Below are positions 1 through 10,411 of a stretch of 30,156 nucleotides of DNA, one piece after another. Numbering within the stretch: the stretch's first letter is position 1; every line of letters starts with the position of its first letter. Source of the DNA: an uncultured archaeon (GTDB lineage Archaea; Asgardarchaeota; Lokiarchaeia; Sigyniarchaeales; SOKP01); assembly GCA_964583985.1 (NCBI GenBank), contig CAZOYD010000044.1, forward strand, positions 1-30,156, read 5' to 3'. Both the position numbers and the translations under genes were made by a program. Below the pieces are notes generated by a model. The model did no database searches, was not told where the DNA came from, and worked only from the letters and a program-made list of their open reading frames with translations.

Positions 1-2
1 TT

Positions 3-185
3 TGTAAAATGTTAAAATCTAATGGAGAATATGGTTCAATTCCAATAATTCTGATATCAGCTGTAATTTCCGAGTGTGAAAAAGCTCAAGTGCTAGAAAA
101 CACGTTAGCAAACGACATAATCATAAAACCTATAGATAAGTTAAAAGACTTAGACTTAATGTTTAAATACGTCAAAGAATTTTAA
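3..185 (+). CDS. Response-regulator receiver (CheY-like) domain, C-terminal part, truncated by window edge
   Basis: Manual translation of frame 3: CKMLKSNGEYGSIPIILISAVISECEKAQVLENTLANDIIIKPIDKLKDLDLMFKYVKEF*. Shows the receiver beta4 'IPIILISA' and beta5 'DIIIKP' motifs, followed by an oligo-T tract. Not in the ORF track. Confidence 0.8.
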   Translation, partial: CKMLKSNGEYGSIPIILISAVISECEKAQVLENTLANDIIIKPIDKLKDLDLMFKYVKEF

Positions 186-202
186 TTTTTTTTCCTTTTT
201 TT
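186..202 (+). terminator. Oligo-T archaeal-type terminator
   Basis: T-rich run (T8 CC T7) directly after TAA 183-185. Confidence 0.5.
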
Positions 203-451
203 ATCAATTATATTTTAAATATGAGTCAAGAATAAATAATGCATTAACAATTATTATTCTGGGCTAAAAAAGACGTATCTATTTAAAAAATGAATATAAG
301 TTGCAGATCAACTCGATTGATACTAATTGTTGTAGCAATATCTATAATAATAAAAATGATTCCTGTAGGTTATTTTGGTTTTGTATTTGTTCGATTATAT
401 TTATACGGATTACCAAGACCTTGTGAAGAACAATAGTTCTCATAGAATTCG

Positions 452-1831
452 TTATAATTTAAACCGCATCACTTGTTCATCATCCCACATTTCATCGATA
501 TCTTCAAAACCATAGCGTTTATAGAATTTTCCCGGACCATTCTTTTCAGGATGGTAACTCCCATATAAATATTCTGCATTCGGTCGCGTTCTTACATAAT
601 TACAAAGCATATCTAAAGCCGCTTTTCCATATCCAAGGTTTTGATATTTTTGATCGATCATAAATCGCCATAGAAAATATCGTTCGGGACTATTTCCAAA
701 CCTTCCAGGATCTGCAAGCATAATGAAACCGACTGGTGTATCATCTGCATAAATTGCTTTGAAATATACATTTTCAGAATAATTTGCGAGCGCAATAGAT
801 CGTGCATTGGGTGCGACAAAATTTTTTTGCTCAGGTTTCACATCTAAATTCATCACATCGAATAAATTTTCACGTACGATAGGTCGCAAAGTTACTTTGG
901 GTGGAATTATTTCAATAGGAATAAAATTAATATTAGGAAGAATGACCTGTAATGAAGAATCAACTAAAATATTATAAACATGAATAAAAGTTGTAAAATC
1001 GATAGATAAAATACGCTTTAATGCTGCCCTTCCTAATTTCTGATCGATTATTTGCCACATATAAGAACCTAACACATAATAAGCTCTATTATTAACACCA
1101 AGATCCCAAGCTAAATCTCGGAGTGTTTCTTCAGAATCGGCATTCACTCGCGAAAAAATCAGATTTATTCGATCTAAAGCCTTTTTTACTTCTTCAGGAT
1201 CTTCGAGCATTAGATAATCACGTTCATTAGGAACGGGAAAAATTTTTTGACCAGTATAAGATACATAATTACAGATCCCCTCCCCTTGAAGACTTCGTAA
1301 AATGATAAAAAGAGCTTCAGATCCATAAGATCCTTTTGGATAATATTGCCGATACCAACTATGGCCACCATGAAAGACTTCATGTATAATTATATTTAGA
1401 ATTCGTATCGAATCAAAATTCCAATATGGATCTGCAACATTGACCACAACATCTTGCCATGCAAATGCATTACAGGGAATAAAGGCAGTAAAATCAACTG
1501 GAACATCCAATTCTGCATCTTCGGGTAAGAATGATTTAATATGTGGAATGGCTTCATCTAAAAATTTCTCTTTGGATTTAATAATACTCATTGCAGTCGT
1601 GTAGATTTTATGATTTACCCTTTCTGTATCAGAAAGTTTTGCCCAATCAAGTAATTTCTTTTTCCATACATTGTAATCAATTTCTTTATGAACAGAATCT
1701 GCCCATCCTTTGGTTAAAACCATAGGACGTTCTTTTTCCCAAAATTGGTTATAATCTTTCAAAATCTCATGAGGATGAAAGACAATTTTCTCTAATGTTT
1801 CACTATTGAATGTAATCGAAAATTGACTCAT
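452..1831 (-). CDS. Putative Zn-dependent protease (HExxH, DUF2268/DUF5700-like) fused to a C-terminal GNAT acetyltransferase (BltD/polyamine acetyltransferase-like)
   Basis: 'IIHEVFH' plus downstream 'LQGEGI' third ligand. The C-terminal ~150 aa has GNAT motif A 'FMIDQKYQNLGYG' and 'FYKRYGF'. Confidence 0.75.
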   Translation of the reverse strand: MSQFSITFNSETLEKIVFHPHEILKDYNQFWEKERPMVLTKGWADSVHKEIDYNVWKKKLLDWAKLSDTERVNHKIYTTAMSIIKSKEKFLDEAIPHIKSFLPEDAELDVPVDFTAFIPCNAFAWQDVVVNVADPYWNFDSIRILNIIIHEVFHGGHSWYRQYYPKGSYGSEALFIILRSLQGEGICNYVSYTGQKIFPVPNERDYLMLEDPEEVKKALDRINLIFSRVNADSEETLRDLAWDLGVNNRAYYVLGSYMWQIIDQKLGRAALKRILSIDFTTFIHVYNILVDSSLQVILPNINFIPIEIIPPKVTLRPIVRENLFDVMNLDVKPEQKNFVAPNARSIALANYSENVYFKAIYADDTPVGFIMLADPGRFGNSPERYFLWRFMIDQKYQNLGYGKAALDMLCNYVRTRPNAEYLYGSYHPEKNGPGKFYKRYGFEDIDEMWDDEQVMRFKL

Positions 1832-2119
1832 AATAAAATTTCACTAGATCCATATAAAATAGGCATATAAGTCCAATGTAAATAGCACATCTTTAATATA
1901 TAAAATATCGAAATAAAAAAAGTTTTTTGAAAAATTAATAATACATAAACTTGCTTTCTTTGCATTTTTTATAACCTTAAAATCGGTTGCAGTTCAAAAG
2001 AATTTTATAGCTTTTAAAAGAAATAAGGTATAATCTTCCCAATATATAATTAAATAATAAAAGATACAGTCTTATAATGGACTAGCACCTTCAGCAATAA
2101 AGAAAAGATTGATCGGATA

Positions 2120-2944
2120 AATATTTAAATAAAATATAAAAAGAATTATGATTATATGGAGTATATCATTTTCAGAGAACCAAATTCCTTGCTCCTAAAG
2201 TATTTCGGTAATGCTCAACATGTAATAAAGAAAATATAATCCTATTATTAAAATGAGAAAGATCCAGATAATTATAAGAGAAAAGTTTATTGAGCTCTTC
2301 TGCACTTGATATTTCCTAATATTGAAAATTAATAAGAATAGAATAGTAGGGGTCAAGAACAGTAGCATTAATTCGAATGAAATTAGAAATTGAATTGTTA
2401 TTATCATTCCGATTACCACGATGATGATATACAACAACAAGTTCCCAAATACGTATTTATTCATTGCGCTATTCCATTTTATTTTCTCATCCAAGGTTGC
2501 ATGGGCTAATAACATTGCGTTCACGCTTCCTACTGAGAAGATGAGGTAAAATATTTCCCATAAACTTGTTCATATACAGAAAGGTCTGCCTGCGTATTTG
2601 ATTTCGTAACTAAACGCTTGATAGCTAGTACCTGCTAAAATGACTCCAATTCCCCATAATATTAATGCAATTCCCCACCATAACACAAAATGTTGAGAAG
2701 GCTTTTTTCTTACAAGACGTCTCCCCATCGCTATTGTTAAGAAACCAAGCAAGTACACAAACAAAGTGGAGCTTGGTTGTGCAATGATCACGGTAAGAGA
2801 AAATATAATTATTTCAATGCATGGTTGACTTTCACACCACTCTAAGGGTGTAGTAATTGGAATATAGGGAATACTGCTGAGTTTATTGCAGCAGAATAGT
2901 AATACCGAAGCAACTAATAAAAAAGAAGCAACGATATACTCCAT
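2120..2944 (-). pseudogene. Multi-pass membrane protein interrupted by two in-frame stops (track ORFs 2570-2944 and 2195-2524 are one reading frame)
   Basis: The same frame continues across TGA 2570-2572 (FCI*TSLWEIFYLIFSVGSVNAMLL) and TAG 2195-2197 (TEIL*EQGIWFSENDILHIIIILF). The 3' boundary is approximate. Confidence 0.7.
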
Positions 2945-3171
2945 TTTTTTTTCAATTTATATCACCTTTTAACTAGAGTATCCAATAAAATTACTATTAA
3001 TCAAATCTTTTTTACTTGAAAAACATATAGGGATCTTAATTCCATTTAAATAATCGATAATTTTATTGCTATCTTGAAATCTTTAATTATAATTATCAAT
3101 ATGATACGTGTATTAAGATATCCTATTTGATATCATAACTTTATATTGGATAGTATTTTAAAATACTAGGC

Positions 3172-4191
3172 ATGATTCTATATGCAATTTTTTTCCTAAT
3201 ATTGGGTTTTCTTGGTTTATATATTGGTGCTAAATTTGTGATTATTGGACTTGAAAATATCGCAGATCGCCTTCATATTAGTCATATAGTGGTTGGTTTA
3301 ACGATATTAGCTATAGGTACAAGTTTACCCGAGATTGCGGTAAGCGTAATGGGTGGTTTTGATAAACTTTTAGGTATTGATCCCAATATTGATGGAATCG
3401 TTATTGGAAATAAAGTTGGGTCATTTTTGGTCCAGATCACTTTAATTATTGGAATTTTAGCTGTAAGTCAACCGATTTTTGTTAGTAAGTGGGAATTGAG
3501 GAGGGAAGGTCCAATGCTTTTTATCTCTGTCTTGATATTCCTTTTCTTTTCTTTAGATGGGATTCTTAATCAACTAGAAGCACTACTCATGATAATTATA
3601 TATGCAATATATTTATCAATAGTTATTTTGAGTGAGAAACGATTATCAAGAGTAAAACCTGATGTTAAAATCCTTAAAAAAGAGCGTTTAGATTCAGTAA
3701 GTTTTGACCCAATTGAAGTACCTCATCCAAATACATCAGTTTTAAAAGATATCAGTATTTTTATGATTGGACTAATTGTTTTATTGATAGCTGCAGAAAT
3801 TACATTATTATCAGCTCATGATATCTCAAAAGAATTTCATATTCCTGAAAATTTAATAGGACTAATAATCGTTGGATTTGGCACAAGTTTACCAGAATTA
3901 ATTGCAGATTTAACAGCTATACGGAGAGGTTCATTCGGACTTGCTATTGGAGATATTTTAGGGTCTAATATCTGTGATATTCTATTAGCTACAGGATCTG
4001 GTGCAATAATCGTGAATTTTAACGTCCCAGTAATAATCCTACTCTTTGATATTCCGGTTTTATTTTTAGCAATATTTATTGCTGTCTATTTCTTATGGAG
4101 TGAAAAAACTATGAAAAGATGGGAAGGAGTAGTATTAATTGGTTTCTATATAGGTTATGCGATTCTTAAATTACTATTTTTTCAAGTATAG
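3172..4191 (+). CDS. Calcium/sodium antiporter (CaCA, YrbG/NCX_Mj-like)
   Basis: Two alpha-repeat 'GTSLPE' motifs, 'GDILGSNICDI', about 10 hydrophobic segments. Confidence 0.93.
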   Translation: MILYAIFFLILGFLGLYIGAKFVIIGLENIADRLHISHIVVGLTILAIGTSLPEIAVSVMGGFDKLLGIDPNIDGIVIGNKVGSFLVQITLIIGILAVSQPIFVSKWELRREGPMLFISVLIFLFFSLDGILNQLEALLMIIIYAIYLSIVILSEKRLSRVKPDVKILKKERLDSVSFDPIEVPHPNTSVLKDISIFMIGLIVLLIAAEITLLSAHDISKEFHIPENLIGLIIVGFGTSLPELIADLTAIRRGSFGLAIGDILGSNICDILLATGSGAIIVNFNVPVIILLFDIPVLFLAIFIAVYFLWSEKTMKRWEGVVLIGFYIGYAILKLLFFQV

Positions 4192-4473
4192 ACAACTTAG
4201 AAAGAGTAAAAAGACTAAAAACTTGAAATAATATAAAAGATAAATAACTTCTCTTTAAGAAATAGAACCTCAGTTTAAGGAATAATAAAATAGAAAGGTT
4301 TTTGATTAAATTCATTGTCTTTATATTTGGCTTTAAATATAATTTTGTCAAAAACATAGAGCGTTTTTAAAAAAAATCTTGGATTAAAGCTTGGATTATT
4401 CATTTTCTCCCCGATATTATCATATTTACCTTTTATGCGATATTGCTTTAATAAATCTAAATTTTTTATTTAC

Positions 4474-4498
4474 ATTTGTGTTTAAATAAAACACAAAT
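4474..4498. terminator. Perfect 10-bp inverted repeat between convergent genes (candidate terminator hairpin)
   Basis: ATTTGTGTTT-AAATA-AAACACAAAT, about 50 nt past the stop of 4549-5847. Confidence 0.4.
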
Positions 4499-4548
4499 TG
4501 ATTTTCTATTACTAATTATCTATTTATAACAAGCTTGTATTGAATAAT

Positions 4549-5847
4549 TTAACTGAAGATAAAAGTGTAGATCATTGTATATCCCAAAATGAGAAGGAAG
4601 TGAAGCGTTGCGAATATTGACCCATTTTTAAGCAAGCGCCTGTAGTCTAGATTCACCACGTTATATTTTTTTGCTAAGGATAGTGTGAGAAGATCACATG
4701 CAGAACCCTGTGGTAAAAAATTTCCTGCCATGTTGACACCGCTTATGAATGCAATAATGATTGGGTTGGGAAAGAAGGAACCTTCAACTATTAAAGATGA
4801 AAAAATCGGAAGAAGCATGATGGTGACAGGAGTGCCTGCAAAAAATGCGGATAAGAGGGAGGAGATAACCAATGTTAGCAGAACGGCGAAATAGATGTTA
4901 TCACCTATCGCGCTTACTAAATTTGTTGAAATTAACTCTGAAAAACCAAAATAGGATAATGAATTCGCAAGAATGAACAAGATCGCAAAAATAATGATGA
5001 TCCTCCATGAGATTTCGCTTTTTAAATCAGAAAATTTAGTATTCTTCGAGTGAATAATGAGAAGGACAGCAGCAGATATAATTGTAACAAGAGCTGGTTG
5101 AAAACCAATAATCATGAATAAAAAAGTGGTAAAAATGGTGATTATAGTTATTATAAAGTATTTTTTATCTTGAATCACCATTTTCGGCTCTAACATCGAT
5201 AAAAGAACTTCCTTGTTTCTTTCAGTAGGTTTTTCTTCTTTTTTTAATATGAACTTATCAATTAAAAATATCGTCAAAATTAGTGCAATTAAAAATAATA
5301 GGCCCATATTAGCAAAATATTCACCAAAACCCCATCCAAATTCTTGACCAATTATCAGATTCTTTAAACTTGAGATAGGTGTGAGGATAGCACCGATATT
5401 GATTGTTATAGTCATTCCCATCATGTATGTACCAGCAGGTATCTCTAAAATTCGACAAGTTCTGTATATTAATGGAACCAGGATCAATGAAAGAGTTAAA
5501 TCCTCGATAAATGCAACTATGGTACCTGTAAAAATACAGATCATGTAAAAGAATAATCTATTATTTCCTTTCGTGATAAATATCAATTTTAAGGCGAGAT
5601 ATTCCAACACTCGATCATTAGTTGCGAAATAAATTATTATTTGTATAGCAAAAATAAAGATTAACGTGTTAAAATTGATAAATCCGAGAATTTCTAACTC
5701 ATCAAGATTCCATAGCGTTCGCATTGAAATTACGACAATAACCCCAATAATTAATGCAATAGGAAAATAATCTATCTTATTTTGTGAAAAAAAAGCCATC
5801 AGAATCCCAAATAAGACCAAGATCAATACAATTGCGATAGGGTTCAT
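4549..5847 (-). CDS. ArsB/NhaD/SLC13-family (ion transporter superfamily) permease
   Basis: Highly hydrophobic, with the duplicated hairpin motifs 'NIGAILTPISSLKN' and 'NMAGNFLPQGSACD'. Confidence 0.85.
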   Translation of the reverse strand: MNPIAIVLILVLFGILMAFFSQNKIDYFPIALIIGVIVVISMRTLWNLDELEILGFINFNTLIFIFAIQIIIYFATNDRVLEYLALKLIFITKGNNRLFFYMICIFTGTIVAFIEDLTLSLILVPLIYRTCRILEIPAGTYMMGMTITINIGAILTPISSLKNLIIGQEFGWGFGEYFANMGLLFLIALILTIFLIDKFILKKEEKPTERNKEVLLSMLEPKMVIQDKKYFIITIITIFTTFLFMIIGFQPALVTIISAAVLLIIHSKNTKFSDLKSEISWRIIIIFAILFILANSLSYFGFSELISTNLVSAIGDNIYFAVLLTLVISSLLSAFFAGTPVTIMLLPIFSSLIVEGSFFPNPIIIAFISGVNMAGNFLPQGSACDLLTLSLAKKYNVVNLDYRRLLKNGSIFATLHFLLILGYTMIYTFIFS

Positions 5848-6089
5848 TAGATAGAAAAAAATGGTTTTTGTTTTAAAAAAATTATCTTATTCGTTCAAAA
5901 ATTGACTAAATTCATTCATCAAGCTAAATTGATTCGATTGAAATAGCAGACGTTCATTATTAGAAAAATGGAGTTTATGATACAAAAATTCATATTGTGA
6001 TTATTGGAATTTGAGTTTTAAAGAAAATTGGTATAAAATCCGCCAGATCCAACATACCTAATCAAAGAAATAAAAAGATGCTTTCATCT

Positions 6090-6926
6090 TTAAAATCTAA
6101 AACCTGCTTTTTTCATTTGTTGAAATATTAGCTCACTCTGTTTGACCATCTCTTTAGTTGGATATCGCAATTTGAAAAGGAATTGCGCGTGATTTTGAAT
6201 TTCTAGACTTTTAATCCTCTTTTTTACCAATTTCATCCAATTTCCAGAATTTTGTTTATTCGCCTCAAGAACTTCAATGTAGGCTTTTTCTAGATACGCA
6301 TCGACATCCTCATCAAAATCTCCATATTTATAATTATAAGCTTTGATAATTTCATCATCATTTAAAGATCTGTATATCTCATCATGAATAATTATCTTTT
6401 TTTCTAATTTAGGAACCTTTTCTGGCTTAGATTCTGGATAACCGATTGAAAGAAGCATTAAGGGAAGAACATATTTGGGAATTGAAAAATATTCTCTAAT
6501 CTCATCCATAACTCCTTGAATTGATCCAATATAGACTGAACCGAGTTCAAAGCTCTCAGCAGTTATGACCACGTTTTGAGCTGCACATATTATATCCGCA
6601 TATCCAACTAAAAAATGCCCAAGTGAATGTTCGCCTTGAAAATCACTATTTGATAACTTAGCCCATCTTTTTACTCGATTGAAATCAAGACAAAATATCA
6701 TTGATAATGGTGAATTTTTGACCCAAGGTTGCGAACCGATTATTTTTGCAAGCTTTTCTCGCCGTTCTTTTTTTTTCACTGTGATAATCGAAAGAGGTTG
6801 AATGTTACCTCCAGAAGGTGCATTATTTGCAGCATCGAGAAGTTTTTCAATCACTTGCTCCGGAATCTCTTTATCTAAAAAGACCCGAACAGAACGACGA
6901 TTTATCATCAAATCATATACCGTCAT
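6090..6926 (-). CDS. Nitroreductase family (NfsA/Frp-like) FMN oxidoreductase
   Basis: 'NRRSVRVF', 'APSGGNIQP', 'AESFELGSVYIG', 'LSIGYP'. Confidence 0.92.
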   Translation of the reverse strand: MTVYDLMINRRSVRVFLDKEIPEQVIEKLLDAANNAPSGGNIQPLSIITVKKKERREKLAKIIGSQPWVKNSPLSMIFCLDFNRVKRWAKLSNSDFQGEHSLGHFLVGYADIICAAQNVVITAESFELGSVYIGSIQGVMDEIREYFSIPKYVLPLMLLSIGYPESKPEKVPKLEKKIIIHDEIYRSLNDDEIIKAYNYKYGDFDEDVDAYLEKAYIEVLEANKQNSGNWMKLVKKRIKSLEIQNHAQFLFKLRYPTKEMVKQSELIFQQMKKAGFRF

Positions 6927-7042
6927 ATATATGACTTAGGTTCCTAAAAATTTATAGCTTATTTCTTTAGAAAAATCTTTCAAATTTTAATTTAAAATAT
7001 CAGTTCGAAAACTTATTCAAAAACTCGTGTAGACATCTTAAG

Positions 7043-8446
7043 CTACTTTATTCGAACTCCTTGTTTTTTCAAGATATTTTGAACTTTTAAAATATCAACT
7101 GATCTACAATATACATCATCTTTTATAGACACGGCAGCTGCTACTCCAGCACCTTGACCCGTGACTGCACAACATACCATTTGACGAGTAGCGGCATGTG
7201 AAATCTTATCTCCTGAAACAGCACGTCCTACCACCAATAAATTCTCCACTTCTTGAGGAACGATGATGCCATAAGGCACGTGGAAATATCTTCCAGTGGT
7301 AGGCATGATGGCTATACCATGACCATCTATAAATTCTGGACAGATGCCAATTGTATCCTTAAATCGAGCTTCATTTCGCACATCATGCTCGGTGATATTA
7401 TATTCACCTACTATTTTTCTTGATTCTCTGGTACCCAAAGAAGCACCTATGGTTCTAAGGCGTGCCTTTTTAAACCCTGGTGTATACTTTTTTAATGCGT
7501 TTATTGCGAGCATGACACGTTTTCTACCTTCAATTTCTGCTTTAGTGAGATCCCATACATCTGTAGGATCTATATTTTTCATGTGTATTCCGTTTAAGGA
7601 ATTGATTTCTCCCGCATCAGTGTAGCAACTCCAATAACTCTCGATATTAACATCTTTAGGAATTTCTCCCGCTTCTTGAGCTTTTTTAAAAGGCTCTACA
7701 AGATAGGTTGTGAAAGCATCTTCTTCCTTTCCAGAAGTTTCCCCCCAATCTCCTATTTTATTTCGATTCAAATATACATACATCAAAAATTTGCCGATAT
7801 TAACCCCACTACAGCCAAAATTTACGGTAACTTCCATTAATTCATTTTTCGGGCTTTTTTTAAAGGGAGCGCCAGCAAGATATGCAATATCTGCATCTCC
7901 CGTTGCATCGATTACACGCTTAGCTAAAATTGCTTGTCTACCCGATTTACTTTCTGTAATGACACCCTTTATTATATTTTCTTCCATAATTACTTGAACA
8001 ACATTACAATGGAGTAACGGTCTAATACCGGCTTCTTGAATCAATTCATCAACTACACATTTGAACATTTCGGTATCTAATACTTCATAGGTAGAATTTC
8101 CTTCGATCATTAATCCTTCCTCTTCAAGTGTTTTTACCATTTCTTTATTTTTGATGTTTCCAAGTACATCAATTGTAGCATCCATTTTTTTAGATCTTTT
8201 TTCAAATTCCAGACCGATTCCTCCAGCATCGACAGTTTGAGCATAACGGTACCATGCAATCGTCCCAATCATTGCTTGAGTGATTACTCCTCCGAAACAA
8301 CCGTATCTTTCGACAATCATCACATCAGCACCAGTCCTAGCTGCACCTAACGCAGCAGAAATTCCAGCAGGTCCTCCACCGACCACTAGTACTTCTGTTT
8401 CTGCTATTACAGGTATCTCTCTTGAAGGTTCATCAATCATTCTCAT
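7043..8446 (-). CDS. FAD-dependent oxidoreductase (FAD_oxidored family)
   Basis: 'VLVVGGGPAG' Rossmann motif, 'IDATGDAD', 'RESRKIVG', 'ENLLVVGR', 'GQGAGVAAA'. Confidence 0.9.
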   Translation of the reverse strand: MRMIDEPSREIPVIAETEVLVVGGGPAGISAALGAARTGADVMIVERYGCFGGVITQAMIGTIAWYRYAQTVDAGGIGLEFEKRSKKMDATIDVLGNIKNKEMVKTLEEEGLMIEGNSTYEVLDTEMFKCVVDELIQEAGIRPLLHCNVVQVIMEENIIKGVITESKSGRQAILAKRVIDATGDADIAYLAGAPFKKSPKNELMEVTVNFGCSGVNIGKFLMYVYLNRNKIGDWGETSGKEEDAFTTYLVEPFKKAQEAGEIPKDVNIESYWSCYTDAGEINSLNGIHMKNIDPTDVWDLTKAEIEGRKRVMLAINALKKYTPGFKKARLRTIGASLGTRESRKIVGEYNITEHDVRNEARFKDTIGICPEFIDGHGIAIMPTTGRYFHVPYGIIVPQEVENLLVVGRAVSGDKISHAATRQMVCCAVTGQGAGVAAAVSIKDDVYCRSVDILKVQNILKKQGVRIK

Positions 8447-8661
8447 CTTTAATAGTCTAAAGCTAATTTATTAATTGAATATATGAATATAGAATATTAT
8501 TTTAAAATGCCTAGTATTAATGACAAAATATAGTAAATCTATTGTATTATTCAATTTTCTAAATTGACAGAATAAGCAAGTATATCGAATAGAGTTGATG
8601 AGAATCCTACGCGTAATGCGATTCTGAATAAAATGGTAAACGTAATAATAACAACATTAAT

Positions 8662-9183
8662 TTAAAACTCATTCCTGCACTTTATGCAAACGCGTTTTTT
8701 AGCATAAACTTTTGGAAAGAAACTTATAAGTTGGGATTTATCCTCAACCTCTCTGATTGCAAATCCTTGTGCTCCACAATTTGGACATTGTCTTTTCCTT
8801 ATTCCCGAATCAAAATTTACAATATCAACAGCTGGAACGGAAGGACTTACATTAACATTTGTCCCTATTGGATTTAATTCAACAGGAATATCAATATTTG
8901 GTGGGGGGTGAAGTTTTGGAGGTGGAATAGTATTTTGTATGGTTACTTTATGTGGTATTTCCTGGGGCGGTGCTGATGGTACAGAAATTGGGATTTCACT
9001 TACAACCCCTTGAGATTTTAATCGATTATTCTCTTCAATTAAACGATTTATAAGACTATCTTTTTCAGCAACGAGATTTTGATAATATTGCAATTGAGAT
9101 TCTAATTCTTGTATATGATCAGTAAAGAAATTAATGCGATCCTCCCAATCGGATAAGATCTCTTCCATATTACTCTGTACCAA
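8662..9183 (-). CDS. Hypothetical protein: N-terminal coiled coil, Pro-rich linker, C-terminal C4 zinc ribbon
   Basis: Heptad-like helix at about aa 5-57, 'PPPKLHPPP' linker, CPNC-x29-CIKC. TTG start. Confidence 0.8.
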   Translation of the reverse strand: MVQSNMEEILSDWEDRINFFTDHIQELESQLQYYQNLVAEKDSLINRLIEENNRLKSQGVVSEIPISVPSAPPQEIPHKVTIQNTIPPPKLHPPPNIDIPVELNPIGTNVNVSPSVPAVDIVNFDSGIRKRQCPNCGAQGFAIREVEDKSQLISFFPKVYAKKRVCIKCRNEF

Positions 9184-9374
9184 ATTTTTTTCACTATCCT
9201 ATTTACAAACATGTAATCGTTGTTATTAGTTTATTCCGACATAAATATAAGTGTTATTAAAAAACGTTTAATTACGGTCAATTGTGAATTACAATTACAA
9301 ATTAGCAGTATAATTCCTTTTTAAATCATTAAAAATTAGAAAAACTAATTTATTTTTATGAACATGTATGGCAA

Positions 9375-10301
9375 ATGGAACAAAATCAAGATATAATTAA
9401 GAATCTTTATAAAGAAATTGAGAATTTGGGATATAAAGCACGATTTATTGATGCTAAACACATTTCTGATTTGAGAAACGATATCCATCAACAACAAAAG
9501 CACATGTATCCGGAATTTTACGAAGAGTACAAATCATATTTTGAATTTAATCCTGAAGTAAATTTTGACTCTATAAAATCTATTATCGTATTTGCGGTTC
9601 CTGTACCACAGTATGAAGCCACGCTTAAATACAAGTCAAATCTCTTCTCTCTAATAATTCCACCAACATATCTTTACGGTCAGAAAATTATTGATGGGTT
9701 GGAAGAAATATTAAAGAATTTCTTAACGCCTAAAGGATATAGTGTAAATTATGCCCGTCTCCCTGTAAAAACATTAGCTGTGAGAAGTGGGCTAGCAAAA
9801 TACGGTAGAAATAATATAACATATGTTTCAGATATGGGAAGTTTCCATCGTTTGGTTCCATTCTATTCAGATGTTCCAATAAAAGAAGATAATTGGTTTG
9901 CGCGGGAAATGATGGAAATCTGTGCAACCTGTAATGCATGTATAAATGCCTGTCCTTCTGGAGCTATTACAAATAAGCGATTTCTCTTAAAAGTTGATAG
10001 GTGTCTTACATACCATAACGAACATCCTGCAAACATTTCTTTTCCAGAATGGATCAACCCTAGTTGGCATAATTGCCTTGTTGGTTGTTTGCATTGCCAA
10101 AAAATCTGTCCTATCAATAAAAAGGTTAAAGATTGGACTGAAAAAGGACCTTCATTTAATGAAAAGGAGACCAGCCTCCTCCTCCAAGAAAGAAAAAAAG
10201 ATAACCTTCCCAAGGAATTAATTGAAAAGCTGATTAAGTATGATTTAATGAATTATTTAGAAATTTTTCCAAGGAATTTACGCGTATTTTTAAAAGGATG
10301 A
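9375..10301 (+). CDS. Epoxyqueuosine reductase (QueG)/reductive-dehalogenase-like double 4Fe-4S protein
   Basis: 'KTLAVRSGLAKYGRNN', 'CATCNACINACP', 'RCLTY', 'GCLHCQKICP'. Confidence 0.8.
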   Translation: MEQNQDIIKNLYKEIENLGYKARFIDAKHISDLRNDIHQQQKHMYPEFYEEYKSYFEFNPEVNFDSIKSIIVFAVPVPQYEATLKYKSNLFSLIIPPTYLYGQKIIDGLEEILKNFLTPKGYSVNYARLPVKTLAVRSGLAKYGRNNITYVSDMGSFHRLVPFYSDVPIKEDNWFAREMMEICATCNACINACPSGAITNKRFLLKVDRCLTYHNEHPANISFPEWINPSWHNCLVGCLHCQKICPINKKVKDWTEKGPSFNEKETSLLLQERKKDNLPKELIEKLIKYDLMNYLEIFPRNLRVFLKG

Positions 10302-10411
10302 GAATCCATTACTCAAGTTATAAAAATTTTGTAGAAAAGTAATTTCGAGTTTTTTTCATTTTTGGAATTAAAATCTTAAAGAATTAATATCCCTTCAACA
10401 TTATAATAAAT

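Noticed and set aside
2570-2572. Selenocysteine TGA
   Set aside because: The context suggests Trp, a second (TAG) stop and a start-region frameshift indicate decay, and I recognised no SECIS-like element.
4166-4357. 63-aa minus-strand ORF
   Set aside because: Low-complexity translation of AT-rich intergenic DNA that overlaps the antiporter 3' end; no motif or RBS.
9280-9296. AATTGT-N5-ACAATT palindrome between divergent genes
   Set aside because: Short and AT-rich, so expected by chance at this composition; no second copy noticed.
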